From Anaerolineae bacterium (GTDB lineage Bacteria > Chloroflexota > Anaerolineae > Epilineales > Epilineaceae), in NCBI GenBank assembly GCA_034432155.1, contig DAOUCP010000043.1:4878-68877 (forward strand): DNA of 64,000 nucleotides, given 5' to 3'. How positions within the stretch are numbered: the stretch's first letter is position 1; each line of letters begins with the position of its first letter. This document shows, one piece after another, positions 42,404 through 52,377 of this stretch. The notes beneath the pieces are model-generated. The model had not been told where the DNA came from and did not search any database. It saw only the letters and a program-made list of their open reading frames with translations. The position numbers were made by a program, and so were the translations under genes.

Positions 42404-43624
42404 ATGGCCGCTACGGACGGCCCACTGCGTTTGGCGCTGGCCACGAATAACCTGTTTCTGGGTGGTGCGCAGCGGCTGGTGGTCATGCTGGCGAGCCAGC
42501 TGGCGCAAGAGGGACATGACGTGGCAGTGGTGGATCTGGTGGGCGGCCAAGCGCGCTTGGCGGGCCAACCTGAGCCGCTTCGCCAGGCTCTGACCCAGGC
42601 AGGCGTTCCGGTTGTCGACTTCTGGATCCGGTCGGTTCGGGATGGTGCCGAGTGGCGCCGCGCCGGGCAGTGGTTTCGCGCATTCCGCCCGGACGTCGTG
42701 CACGGCCACCTGTGGCCTGCCGATCGCTGGGCAGCTCTCTTGGGCCGCACCGCGGGCGCTGCAACGCTGACAACGAAGCACGAAACGCGCCGCGATTTGC
42801 CGCCGCGGGCGCGATGGACTGAGGCCTTGGCGGCGCGGCTGCTCTTCGATCGGGTGGTTGCCATCTCTGCTGCTGTCCAGGAACACCTGGTGCACTACCT
42901 CCACGTCCCGCGCGACCGCATCGTTCTTGTACCAAACCTGGTCGATGCCCGCTGCTTCCGACCGGGTCGTCTGGACGGCCGGCAGGTGCGCCAAGAATTG
43001 GGGCTCTGGCCGGAGGAGCCGGCAGCGTTCGTGGTCGGTTACACTGGCCGCCTGGTCGCCCGCAAGGGGTTGGCGGTGTGGCTCGAGGCTGCTAGTTTGG
43101 CCGCGCGGGATCGAGCACTCATGCGGTTCGTCATCGTGGGCGAAGGTCCGGAGGCCGCCGCCTTAGATCAGCGGGCCGCCTCGTTGGGACTGACGGAGCG
43201 GCTGCGCTTCAGCGGACCGCAGACGGACGTGCTGCCCTGGCTGGCCGCGTGCGACGCCTATCTGTTCACTCCCCAGGAGCCGGAAGGCCTGCCGACGGCG
43301 CTCCTGGAGGCGATGGCCATGGCCCTGCCCGTCGTGGCTTCGAACATCGGCGTCCATCGAGAGCTGCTGCAGGGTGTTGGTCTCTTGCCCGAACCGCAGG
43401 TGTGGCGGGATGTAGCCACCCGGCTCACAGCCGAGCCATTCGGCCGGGCGCTGGTGCGGCTGTATGACGATGCCACCCTCCGCCACCGGCTGGGCGAGGC
43501 GGCGCGAGCCCGGGTCCTCGCGGCGTACGATCTGCCGGTCGTCCTGGCCAAGCAGGTGGCGGTCTACCGGGGGGTGCTGGCCCGCCGAGTCCGGAGACGC
43601 GGGCGTCGCCTGCGGCGGAACTAG
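42404..43624 (+). CDS. Glycosyltransferase family 4 (GT-B)
   Basis: MAATDGPLRLALATNNLFLGGAQRLVVMLASQLAQEGHDV...EGLPTALLEAMAMALPVVASNIG. GGAG 8 nt upstream. The track ORF 41846.. reads through the repeat array. Confidence 0.85.
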   Translation: MAATDGPLRLALATNNLFLGGAQRLVVMLASQLAQEGHDVAVVDLVGGQARLAGQPEPLRQALTQAGVPVVDFWIRSVRDGAEWRRAGQWFRAFRPDVVHGHLWPADRWAALLGRTAGAATLTTKHETRRDLPPRARWTEALAARLLFDRVVAISAAVQEHLVHYLHVPRDRIVLVPNLVDARCFRPGRLDGRQVRQELGLWPEEPAAFVVGYTGRLVARKGLAVWLEAASLAARDRALMRFVIVGEGPEAAALDQRAASLGLTERLRFSGPQTDVLPWLAACDAYLFTPQEPEGLPTALLEAMAMALPVVASNIGVHRELLQGVGLLPEPQVWRDVATRLTAEPFGRALVRLYDDATLRHRLGEAARARVLAAYDLPVVLAKQVAVYRGVLARRVRRRGRRLRRN

Positions 43625-43645
43625 GTGGGTCAGGGGACGGAGCCG

Positions 43646-43675
43646 TTGACGGCTGCGAGCCGTCCGGCCTATGAT
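43646..43675 (+). promoter_or_regulatory. Promoter TTGACG-18-TATGAT; the -10 overlaps motif TGATCTGCGATCGGCGCGC
   Basis: Lies in the 182-bp gap upstream of the Gly-rich/vWA protein gene. The downstream motif resembles the TGATCTGCGTGC array units and the CGCGATCGGC of repeat unit A at 4648. Confidence 0.4.
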
Positions 43676-43806
43676 CTGCGATCGGCGCGCTGTCTCCCTG
43701 GAGAGGATGGCCCCATGGTGGACCTGACGGACGGGCAGATGCCTGCCACCGACCGCGAAGCTGCGACCAGGATCTCGGGCCCACGCTTGGGGCAACGAGT
43801 CTGTCT

Positions 43807-45825
43807 ATGGCCGACCCTGTAGAGCATCGCATTGGCTGTCGAACCGCCAGGTTGGCGGGCTGGCGCGTGAACAGGGCGCGATGGTCGGCCTCGGGCCGAC
43901 GCCTGCGGGGCATTCTTGCGGCTGGTCTCTTGGCGGTCAGCTGGCTGTCGCTCGCTGGCTCGCAGCGCCAGCTAGGCTATGGCGAGGGGCTGGCCGCCGC
44001 TCAGGAGACGGTGACCGGCACGCCCACGGCTCCCGGAAGTGCCAGCCCGGTGGCCACGGCGACGGCGCTACCGGACCTCATCCTCGACGGCCGGCGCCTG
44101 CGACTCTCGGGGCGTCATGAGTACCGACGCTTCGTGGCGCGCAACAACTCGGTCATTGAGATCCAGCCGTATTCGGGTACCGGGGACACCGGCCGGATTG
44201 AGATCGTGGCCGAGCTCATTGCTATCGACCGTACGTCGCGGATCGTGGGCGACGGGGCGGGCTATCGCGGCACGAGGAACGGCGACGGTGAGGGTCCGGG
44301 CGGCGGGGAAGGTGGTTGGCGCACCGTCGATGGCGGCGGCGGTGGGGGCCATGGTGGCCGCGGTGGCGACGGGGTCACGGACAACCAGCCGGTACCCGGG
44401 GCGCGCGGTGGGCGGGTCAACGGCGACACGCGATCGCGGGACATCGACCGCGGCTCGGCCGGAGGCGCTCCCGGCACTGCCGACTCCGCAGCCGAGGAGG
44501 GTTACGGCGCCAATGGTGGCGGCGCGGTGAGCCTTCTGGCCGACACCATCTACCTCACCGGCACCATCAGTGTAAATGGGCTGGCTGGGGAAGTGGTGGC
44601 AGTCGATGCTGCTGGCGGCGGAGCTGGCGGCGGAGTGTTGGTGCAGGCACGGCATCTGGTGCACAGCGGGCGCATCGAGGCCCGTGGCGGCAACGGTGCG
44701 GTCGAAGATGACGGCGGGGGCGGCGGCGGAGGCGGGCGCATCAAGCTCTTCTATGTCACCGGCAGCGTGAATACCCGGGTGCTGGATGTTTCCGGCGGTC
44801 GGGGCGATGGCAACGGCTATCAGAACGATGGTCAGCGCGGCACCGTGTATATCGAGGTGGCAACGCCGACGGCGACAGCGAGTTCCACACCTAGCCCGCG
44901 CGCCAGCTCGACGGCGACGCCCACCCCGAGTCCGACCGCAACCAGCTCGGCGACCGCCACGCCGGCCGAGACAGCCACTCCGACGGCCACGGCCACCGAG
45001 ACGCCTTCTCCGACGCGGACCTGCACGGCAACTGCTACCGCTACGCCCACGCCGGGCGATGCCTACTTACCGCTTGTGCATCGCTACCGCTGCACGCCAG
45101 TGGAGCCAGCATCGATGGCTCTCGTGCTCGTCCTCGACAGTTCCACCACCATGGCGGCGCCTGCGGGCGACGGTCGAACCAAGATAGAGGCGGCGCTCGG
45201 CGTGGCCCGCAGTGCTGTCGGGGCTCTGCAGCACCCAGGCGACCGCTTGGGCTTGGTGCGTTTCGATGCCGTGGCCCGGGTGGTTGCATCCCTGACGGCC
45301 GATCGGCTCAGGCTGACGGCGGCTTTGGACCGCATCGAGGTGACGACGCGAGGCTCATTGCTGGATGCCGGACTGCAAGTTGGTCTGGACGAACTGCAGA
45401 AGAGCCAGGCTGCCCAGCGGTGGCTGGTAGCAGTGACCGACGGGCTGCCGAACCCAAGCACCCCGGCCGATGCCCTGGCTGTGGTCGAGCGGGCGCGAGC
45501 TAGGGGCGTGGCTGTCGACATCGTCGGCATTGGGCCGGACCAAGACGAGGCCGTACTGCTTGCCCTGGCCGGCAGTCGTGAGCACTACTGGCGGTCCCCC
45601 AGCCTCGAGGACCTGGCCGTCCTGTTCGCTCCTCTCGGGCGTCCCTCCTGTGTCGAGGACGGCGGCGGGGCGACGACGGCTTGCGCTGCGTGGGTGGCAG
45701 CGACGCCAAGGCGGCCTCCGGCCGGCGAGACCGGCCGGCGCCGGCCGATTGCCAGCCTGGTGGGCGTCGGCTACAATCGCCATAAGGCGAGCCTCCGGGA
45801 AACCACCGCCGGTGGTGAGCACTGA
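43807..45825 (+). CDS. Secreted protein: Gly-rich parallel-beta-helix-like N-domain, Thr/Pro/Ala-rich linker, C-terminal vWA-like domain
   Basis: Signal/TM ILAAGLLAVSWLSLAGS; GGGGGHGGRGGDG... and GGNGAVEDDGGGGGGGGRIKLFYVTGS; TP-rich ATPTATASSTPSPRASSTATPTPSPTATSSATATP; then LVLVLDSSTTMA... Confidence 0.6.
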   Translation: MADPVEHRIGCRTARLAGWRVNRARWSASGRRLRGILAAGLLAVSWLSLAGSQRQLGYGEGLAAAQETVTGTPTAPGSASPVATATALPDLILDGRRLRLSGRHEYRRFVARNNSVIEIQPYSGTGDTGRIEIVAELIAIDRTSRIVGDGAGYRGTRNGDGEGPGGGEGGWRTVDGGGGGGHGGRGGDGVTDNQPVPGARGGRVNGDTRSRDIDRGSAGGAPGTADSAAEEGYGANGGGAVSLLADTIYLTGTISVNGLAGEVVAVDAAGGGAGGGVLVQARHLVHSGRIEARGGNGAVEDDGGGGGGGGRIKLFYVTGSVNTRVLDVSGGRGDGNGYQNDGQRGTVYIEVATPTATASSTPSPRASSTATPTPSPTATSSATATPAETATPTATATETPSPTRTCTATATATPTPGDAYLPLVHRYRCTPVEPASMALVLVLDSSTTMAAPAGDGRTKIEAALGVARSAVGALQHPGDRLGLVRFDAVARVVASLTADRLRLTAALDRIEVTTRGSLLDAGLQVGLDELQKSQAAQRWLVAVTDGLPNPSTPADALAVVERARARGVAVDIVGIGPDQDEAVLLALAGSREHYWRSPSLEDLAVLFAPLGRPSCVEDGGGATTACAAWVAATPRRPPAGETGRRRPIASLVGVGYNRHKASLRETTAGGEH

Positions 45826-45846
45826 TGTGGCCGAACGAGTCGAACC

Positions 45847-46908
45847 TTGCGCGTGCTGATCACGGGGTACGGCGGCTTCGCCGGCGGACACCTGGCCGAG
45901 CACCTGGCCGCCACGACCGACTGGGAGCTCTTCGGGACGGTCCTCTCGGCAGAGGAGGCGCTGGCACGCGTCGGCTGGCCGGCGGTCGCCGAGACCGTCG
46001 ATCTGCGGGACCCCGATGCCGCCTGGGCAATCCTCGACCGGGTGCGTCCCGATGTGGTCTTTCACCTGGCAGGCCAGGCCTATGTGCCCTCCTCCTGGAA
46101 GGATCCTTGGGCCACCTTTGAAACGAACGTCCGCATCCAGCTGAACGTGCTCGAGGGCTTGGCGCAATTGGCGCGCTTGGGCCATCGAACCCGGCTGGTA
46201 GCGGTGACCAGCCGCGAGGTTTACGGCGCAGTGCCGCCCGCTGCCCTGCCGGTGGACGAAACAGCGCCGCTGGCGCCCCATAACCCGTACGCCACCAGCA
46301 AGGCAGCGCAGGATCTGCTGGTGGCCCAGTATGCAGCGTCCTATGATCTGGATGCGGTGCGCGTGAGGCCGTTCAATCACATTGGGCCGCGCCAGGACCC
46401 ACGCTTCGTGGCTGCAAGCTTCGCCCAACAGATCGCCCAAATCGAAGCCGGTCTCGCCGAACCCGTGATTCGCGTCGGGGATTTGTCGACGCGGCGCGAC
46501 TTCACCGACGTCCGCGACGTGGTGCGTGCCTACCGCCTGGCTGCCGAGCGGGCACCAACGGGAGCCGTGTACAATGTGGGCAGTGGCCGCTCCTGGCCGA
46601 TCCAAGCTCTCCTTGACCACTTCGTCCAGCGGGCTTGCCTTGCGGTTCGGATTGAAGTTGAACCCGGACGCATGAGACCGGGCGATGTGGCGGAGACGCG
46701 TTGTGACCCCCGGAAGGCGCAGCGCGAGCTGGGCTGGCAGGCGGAGATCCCGCTGGAGCGGACGCTCGACGACATGCTCGACGAGTGGCGGCAGCGTCTG
46801 GCCCGCTCGGGCGACGCGGGATCCCCCGGCGCATCGCCGAGTGGGATCAGCAGCGGGGGCGCGGGGCCCTTGCCGCCACCAGGAGGACAGCCATGCCCAG
46901 GGCACTGA
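45847..46908 (+). CDS. rmd: NAD(P)-dependent sugar epimerase/reductase, GDP-6-deoxy-D-mannose reductase (Rmd)-like
   Basis: [20 protein letters not shown]...[11 protein letters not shown]...[14 protein letters not shown]...[14 protein letters not shown]. Sits immediately upstream of gmd and overlaps it. The assignment as Rmd versus another extended SDR is an inference. Confidence 0.6.
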   Translation: MRVLITGYGGFAGGHLAEHLAATTDWELFGTVLSAEEALARVGWPAVAETVDLRDPDAAWAILDRVRPDVVFHLAGQAYVPSSWKDPWATFETNVRIQLNVLEGLAQLARLGHRTRLVAVTSREVYGAVPPAALPVDETAPLAPHNPYATSKAAQDLLVAQYAASYDLDAVRVRPFNHIGPRQDPRFVAASFAQQIAQIEAGLAEPVIRVGDLSTRRDFTDVRDVVRAYRLAAERAPTGAVYNVGSGRSWPIQALLDHFVQRACLAVRIEVEPGRMRPGDVAETRCDPRKAQRELGWQAEIPLERTLDDMLDEWRQRLARSGDAGSPGASPSGISSGGAGPLPPPGGQPCPGH

Positions 46909-47858
46909 TCACTGGCATCACCGGCCAGGACGGCTCTTTCCTCGCCGAGTTTCTGCTCGAGAAGGGCTACGACGTCGTGGGGATGGTCCGTCGCAGCAGC
47001 ACCGTGAACTTCGAGCGCATTGCCCACATCCAGGATCGGCTGACGATTGTGCCGGGCGACATGCTGGACGAGGTGTCGTTGATGGCGGTGTTGCGAGCGC
47101 ATGCTCCCGATGAAGTTTACAACCTGGCTGCCCAGAGCTTCGTCCAGACCTCGTGGAGCCAGCCGGTCTTCACGGGCGAAGTGACAGCCTTGGGCGTCAC
47201 GCGACTCCTGGACGCCATCCGCATGGTAAACCCGGCGATTCGGTTCTACCAGGCTTCCAGCTCTGAGATGTTCGGTCGCGTACGGGAGGTGCCGCAGAGT
47301 GAGACGACACCTTTCTATCCACGTAGTCCCTACGGTGTGGCAAAGGTATATGGTCACTGGATTACTGTGAATTACCGCGAGAGCTATGGAATGTTCGCCG
47401 TTTCGGGCATTCTGTTCAATCACGAGTCGGAGCGTCGCGGACTGGAGTTCGTGACGCGCAAGATCTCTCACGGTGTGGCTCGGATTGCCGTGGAAGGCAA
47501 GGGACAGCTACGACTGGGAAATCTCGAGTCGCGTCGCGACTGGGGCTGGGCGCCCGACTACGTGCGGGCGATGTGGCTGATGCTCCAGCGGCCTGAGCCC
47601 GAAGACTGGGTCATTGCCACCGGCGAGACGCACTCTGTGGCCGAGTTCTGTGCCCAGGCCTTTGCCCACGTGGGGCTGGACTGGCGCGATTGGGTGGTGC
47701 AAGCCGAGGAATACATGCGGCCCGCCGAGGTCGACATCCTGGTTGGCGATGCGTCCAAAGCGCGACGCGAGCTCGGCTGGCAGCCGACCGTTGACTTCGG
47801 GCAGCTGGTACGACGTATGGTCGACGCGGATCTGCGCCGACTCAGGCAGGGCGGATAA
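46893..47858 (+). CDS. gmd: GDP-mannose 4,6-dehydratase
   Basis: [37 protein letters not shown]...[39 protein letters not shown]. Confidence 0.9.
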   Translation: MPRALITGITGQDGSFLAEFLLEKGYDVVGMVRRSSTVNFERIAHIQDRLTIVPGDMLDEVSLMAVLRAHAPDEVYNLAAQSFVQTSWSQPVFTGEVTALGVTRLLDAIRMVNPAIRFYQASSSEMFGRVREVPQSETTPFYPRSPYGVAKVYGHWITVNYRESYGMFAVSGILFNHESERRGLEFVTRKISHGVARIAVEGKGQLRLGNLESRRDWGWAPDYVRAMWLMLQRPEPEDWVIATGETHSVAEFCAQAFAHVGLDWRDWVVQAEEYMRPAEVDILVGDASKARRELGWQPTVDFGQLVRRMVDADLRRLRQGG

Positions 47859-47860
47859 GC

Positions 47861-49294
47861 ATGACCGAATCGATTGCCTTTGGCACCGACGGCTGGCGTG
47901 CGCGCATTGCCGACGGCTTCACCTTCACCAACGTGCGGCGGCTAGCGGCAGCGGTGGCGCAACACTATGCGGAGGCGCGCGGGGCGGTGGAGAAGGGCGT
48001 GGTGATCGGCCATGACAGCCGGTTCCTGGCCCGAGGATTCGCCCAGGCTGCGGCGGAAGTGCTTGCCGCCCACGACATCCCGGTTCTGATGACTGCCGGC
48101 CCGACACCCACCCCGGTCATCAGCCATGCCGTGACGGCCCAGCAGGCCGCCGGGGCGATCAACATTACCGCCAGCCACAACCCACCGTTCGATCTGGGCC
48201 TGAAGGTACGGGATGGGCAGGGAGCCGCCTTGGCGCCGGATGAGCTACGCGCCATTGAGCGGCGCATTCCACCGTCGAGTGCCGAGATCGACCGGCGGCC
48301 GTTTGCCGAAGCGGTGGAGGCGGGCAGCATCCGGACCTTCGATCCGGCCCAGGATTACCGTGCCCACGTGGCCCAGCAGCTCGACCTGACGAGACTGGCG
48401 GCGGCTGGCCTGCGCGTTGCCTATGACCCCATGTGGGGTGCAGGCGTGGGCTGGCTGACGTGGCTGCTCGGACCGGGCGCCAGGACGACGTTCCACGCCA
48501 TCCACAACGAACCGCATCCGAGTTTTCCGGGTCTCGTTCGTCCCGAGCCGATTCCGCCCAACACCGATGCCCTGGCGCGTCTGGTGGTCCAGATGAAGGC
48601 CGATGTTGGCATTGCCAACGATGGCGATGCTGATCGCATCGGCGTCGTCGACGAGCATGGGCACTTCGTGCACCAGCTCCAGATGTATGGGCTCCTCGCG
48701 TACTACCTGCTCGTGGTGCGGGGGGAGCGCCGGCCTATTGTTCGCACGCTGTCCTCGACGTCGATGCTCGACGAACTCGGCGCCCGCTATGGCGTTCCGG
48801 TCTATGAGACCGGCGTCGGCTTCAAGTACGTCGGGCCGCAGATGATCGAGTCGGATGCCATGATCGGCGGCGAGGAGTCGGGCGGCTTCGCCTTCCGCCC
48901 TCTGCCGGAACGGGACGGCCTGGTGGCGGCCTTGGCGCTGCTCGATCTCGTAGTACAGACGGGCCTCACTCCATCGCAGTTGGTGGCCGAGCTGTACCGG
49001 ACGGTGGGCGCCGAATGGTTCTACGAACGGCGCGACCTGCGGTTCCCGGAAGATCGGCGTGCCGACATTCGCAAGCGCCTCGATGCGGCCGAACCTGCTG
49101 CACTTGGCGGGGTGGCGGTGGAGCGCATCGATCGCAGCGATGGCTACAAGTACTGGCTGCCGGGCCGCCAATGGGTGCTCATTCGCTTCTCGGGCACCGA
49201 GCCGCTCCTGCGCGTCTACGTCGAGACCACCGATCGCCGGCGCGTTGCGGGCCTTCTCGAAGCGGCCATTGCGCTGACCGGATTGCAGGGCTAG
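47861..49294 (+). CDS. Phosphomannomutase/phosphoglucomutase (alpha-D-phosphohexomutase)
   Basis: Active-site TASHNP; GEESGG sugar-binding loop; 477 aa. Confidence 0.85.
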   Translation: MTESIAFGTDGWRARIADGFTFTNVRRLAAAVAQHYAEARGAVEKGVVIGHDSRFLARGFAQAAAEVLAAHDIPVLMTAGPTPTPVISHAVTAQQAAGAINITASHNPPFDLGLKVRDGQGAALAPDELRAIERRIPPSSAEIDRRPFAEAVEAGSIRTFDPAQDYRAHVAQQLDLTRLAAAGLRVAYDPMWGAGVGWLTWLLGPGARTTFHAIHNEPHPSFPGLVRPEPIPPNTDALARLVVQMKADVGIANDGDADRIGVVDEHGHFVHQLQMYGLLAYYLLVVRGERRPIVRTLSSTSMLDELGARYGVPVYETGVGFKYVGPQMIESDAMIGGEESGGFAFRPLPERDGLVAALALLDLVVQTGLTPSQLVAELYRTVGAEWFYERRDLRFPEDRRADIRKRLDAAEPAALGGVAVERIDRSDGYKYWLPGRQWVLIRFSGTEPLLRVYVETTDRRRVAGLLEAAIALTGLQG

Positions 49295-49381
49295 TCGATG
49301 CCGGCACCCGCTCGTGCCGTCCCTCTGGAGAACCGTTCGGAGAGCTGTCCGATCCCTGCGGCGCAACTACCGTCCGACTGG

Positions 49382-50212
49382 ATGCTCGTCGACAGCCACT
49401 GCCATCTCGACGCCAGCGACTGTGGCGCGGCGTCGCTGGAGGCCCTTCTGGCGCGAGCGAGCGCGGCGCGAGTCGAACGTGTGGTCACCGTCGGCGTCGA
49501 TCTGGAGAGCAGTCGGGGCGCGGTAGCCATTGCTGAGCGGCATGAGGCGGTGTGGGCTGCGGTCGGGGTCGCCCCCAACGACCTCGATGGTTACGACGAT
49601 GCGACACTGGCGGCGCTCGAGCAACTGGCGGGCCACCCCAAGGTGGTGGCAATCGGCGAGATCGGTCTGGACTACCACTGGCATCCCGAGACCGCCGCGC
49701 GCCAAAAGCGGGTGTTCGCCGAGCAGCTGGCGCTGGCGCGTGAGGTTGGGCGCCCGGTGATCATCCACAGCCGCGAAGCCGAGGACGATACCCGCGCCCT
49801 GTTGCTGCCCTGGGCGGCGAGCCGCCCCCTGCCCAGTCCCCCGTATGGGGTGCTCCATTGCTTCAGCTCCGAGCTAGCACTGGCCCAGGAGTACGTCCAT
49901 GCCGGGTTCCTGATTTCCATCTCCGGAGTCGTCACATTCCCGCGCGCCCATCGTCTGCACGCCGTCGCCCGCGAGCTCGATCTGGAGGCCCTTGCTCTCG
50001 AGACCGATGCTCCGTACCTGGCGCCGCAGGCGCACCGGGGAGGTCGCAACGAACCGGCCTTCCTCCTCGAGACAGCCCGGCACGTGGCCGCGCTGCGAGG
50101 CGTCGAGCTTCCGGTGCTGGCGCGCGCGACTTCGGACAACTGCCGTCGGCTCTTCCGCTGGTCGGCGGTCAAGGTGGGCGAGGAGACGCTTTTCGCGGAG
50201 GCGTCTCGGTGA
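49382..50212 (+). CDS. TatD-family metal-dependent hydrolase
   Basis: MLVDSHCHLD...AIGEIGLDYHW...VIIHSREAEDD...GVLHCFS...ETDAPYL. The track ORF starts at 49298; the internal ATG is chosen. Confidence 0.8.
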   Translation: MLVDSHCHLDASDCGAASLEALLARASAARVERVVTVGVDLESSRGAVAIAERHEAVWAAVGVAPNDLDGYDDATLAALEQLAGHPKVVAIGEIGLDYHWHPETAARQKRVFAEQLALAREVGRPVIIHSREAEDDTRALLLPWAASRPLPSPPYGVLHCFSSELALAQEYVHAGFLISISGVVTFPRAHRLHAVARELDLEALALETDAPYLAPQAHRGGRNEPAFLLETARHVAALRGVELPVLARATSDNCRRLFRWSAVKVGEETLFAEASR

Positions 50213-51225
50213 CGCAGCTAGCCGACGCCATGTCTCACGCAGCCGTCGAGGCCGCCGGCAACGTGCTGCACTTGCCGCCACCCGTGGCGGCACTGCGGCC
50301 CGAGCTGGAGCGTCTGGAGGACCGATTGCGCTCCGAGCTGGGCGCGCCCTGGCCTCTGGGTCGGGCGCTCCTGGCGCGCGTGTTCGCCAGCGGCGGCAAG
50401 CGACTGCGGCCGGCCTTGGTCTTTGCCACGGCACGGCTTGGAGCGGCCGATCCGGAGCGCATCATTGCCCTCGCTGCGGCCGTGGAGACGTTGCACGCCG
50501 CAACCCTCGTGCACGACGACCTGGTCGACGGCTCTCTGGTGCGGCGTGGGAAGGCGACTCTCAATGCTCGCTGGTCGGAAGGTGCGACGGTGCTGGCTGG
50601 TGATTGGCTCTTCGCGCGGGCGGCGCGTTTTGCCGCCGCCACGGGAAGCGTCCACGTCATGGACGTGTTCGCCCGCACCTTGGGCACCATGACGGAGGGT
50701 GAACTGCGCCAGCTCGACGGTCGCAACGGTGTGCCGACGCGCGAGGAATACGAGTTCCGGATCTACGGCAAGACGGCAGCTCTCTTCGAGGCTTGCACTG
50801 AGGCGGCGGCCGCCCTGAGCTTGGCGGCGGCCGAGCAGGTGGAGGCCCTGGCCCACTTCGGTCGTGAGCTGGGTGTGGCGTTCCAGATCGTGGACGACAT
50901 CCTCGACTTCCGAAGCACCGAGCAACAACTGGGCAAGCCGGTCGGCAGTGACTTGCGCACCGGTACGGTGACCTTGCCGGTGTTGCTCTTTCTCGAGACG
51001 CATCCCGAGGCCGCGGAGCTCTTGGCGGCGGGAGCGGGGGACGGTGCAGCCCTCGAGCGACTGATTGAAGCTGTCCGCAACGATCGAGCAACGTTGGAGC
51101 GTGCCGACCGGATTGCCGGCGAGCACCTGTCGCTGGCGCTCGAGCACCTGCGGAGGGCGCCGGACGGGCCGGCACGTCTCGACTTGGAACGTCTGGCGCA
51201 TTTCGCCGTCGAGCGCCAGGCCTGA
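50209..51225 (+). CDS. Polyprenyl diphosphate synthase (trans-isoprenyl diphosphate synthase family)
   Basis: Two DDxxD motifs (LVHDDLVD, IVDDILDF). The GTG start overlaps the TatD stop; alternatively the ATG at ~50230. Confidence 0.85.
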   Translation: MTQLADAMSHAAVEAAGNVLHLPPPVAALRPELERLEDRLRSELGAPWPLGRALLARVFASGGKRLRPALVFATARLGAADPERIIALAAAVETLHAATLVHDDLVDGSLVRRGKATLNARWSEGATVLAGDWLFARAARFAAATGSVHVMDVFARTLGTMTEGELRQLDGRNGVPTREEYEFRIYGKTAALFEACTEAAAALSLAAAEQVEALAHFGRELGVAFQIVDDILDFRSTEQQLGKPVGSDLRTGTVTLPVLLFLETHPEAAELLAAGAGDGAALERLIEAVRNDRATLERADRIAGEHLSLALEHLRRAPDGPARLDLERLAHFAVERQA

Positions 51226-51239
51226 GGGCCGCTTGGGCC

Positions 51240-52373
51240 ATGGCGAGGGAGGCCACAGAAGCTATAGTCGGCGTGGTAGTGGTGAGCTGGAACGTGCGCC
51301 CACTGCTCGACGCCTGTCTCCAGAGCGTACTCGCCGGGCCGGTGGCCTGCCGTGTGGTGGTCGTCGACAACGCTTCCACGGACGATTCGGTGACCTACCT
51401 GCGGCGGCGCTATCCGGCGGTGGCGGTCATTGCCAACAGGGAGAACGTCGGCTACAGCCGAGCGGTGAACCAGGGCCTGCGGATGTTGGCTGTACTGCCG
51501 CCGCAGGAGCAGCCGGTGGAGCTGGCCTCCCAAGGCCTTGTGAACCGGCTGTCGCCCGCCTCGCAAGCCCTGGTGGATCTACCGGCGACGGCCCCAGATG
51601 GCCTGGTGGACTTGCCGGCGAGGGCCTCGGAGCCCCTCGTGGACCGGCCGCCGCTGGCCGCAGTATTGTTGCTGAACCCCGACGCCCAGCTCCTGCCCGG
51701 GGCGTTGCCGGCGCTCTGGGCGAGACTGCAGAGCGATGAGCGGATCGGGTGCGTGGGCCCGCGTCTGGTGTACCCGGACGGGCGCCACCAGCCATCCATG
51801 AGGCGCTTTCCGAGTCTGGCCACCGCCCTGCTGGAGAGCACGCCGCTTGCCTGGCACTGGAGCTCGAATCCGGTGGCGCGGCGCTACCGGATGCAGGACG
51901 CCGACGCGACCGTCCCGCAGGCGGTGGACTGGGTGACAGGAGCGGTCATGCTGCTGCGGTCCCGAGCGCTGGAGCAGGTGGCCGGCCTGGATGAGTCGTT
52001 CTTCCTGTATTCCGAGGAGCTGGACCTTTGCCGACGGCTCCATGCCGCAGGCTGGAAGGTGTACTATGAGCCGGGGGCGGTGGCAATCCATCACGAGGCA
52101 GCCTCCAGCGACCAGGTGGGGGCCTCACGCCAGCTCTGGTTCCAGCAGTCGCGAATGCGCTACTACGCCAAGCACCATGGCCGTCGCACCGCCATAGGGC
52201 TGTGCCTGGTGCTGCGGACCATCTTCGCGGCCGAGATGCTGCTGGAAGGGGCTAAGCTGCTCGTGGGGCACAAACGGGCTCTCCGTCGAGCCCGTGTTGG
52301 CGCCTACTGGGACGTCGTCCGCCACTTGGGCGCGATCGGCGCCGCCGGCAGTCTGCCGCGGCTGGAGGCCTGA
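51240..52373 (+). CDS. Glycosyltransferase family 2 (GT-A; candidate polyprenyl-phosphate sugar synthase or rhamnosyltransferase)
   Basis: VVVVSWNVRPLLDACLQSV...VVVVDNASTDDS...; DxD and the QxxRW-like region LYSEELDLCRRLHAAGWKV. Confidence 0.8.
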   Translation: MAREATEAIVGVVVVSWNVRPLLDACLQSVLAGPVACRVVVVDNASTDDSVTYLRRRYPAVAVIANRENVGYSRAVNQGLRMLAVLPPQEQPVELASQGLVNRLSPASQALVDLPATAPDGLVDLPARASEPLVDRPPLAAVLLLNPDAQLLPGALPALWARLQSDERIGCVGPRLVYPDGRHQPSMRRFPSLATALLESTPLAWHWSSNPVARRYRMQDADATVPQAVDWVTGAVMLLRSRALEQVAGLDESFFLYSEELDLCRRLHAAGWKVYYEPGAVAIHHEAASSDQVGASRQLWFQQSRMRYYAKHHGRRTAIGLCLVLRTIFAAEMLLEGAKLLVGHKRALRRARVGAYWDVVRHLGAIGAAGSLPRLEA

Positions 52374-52377
52374 CGGC

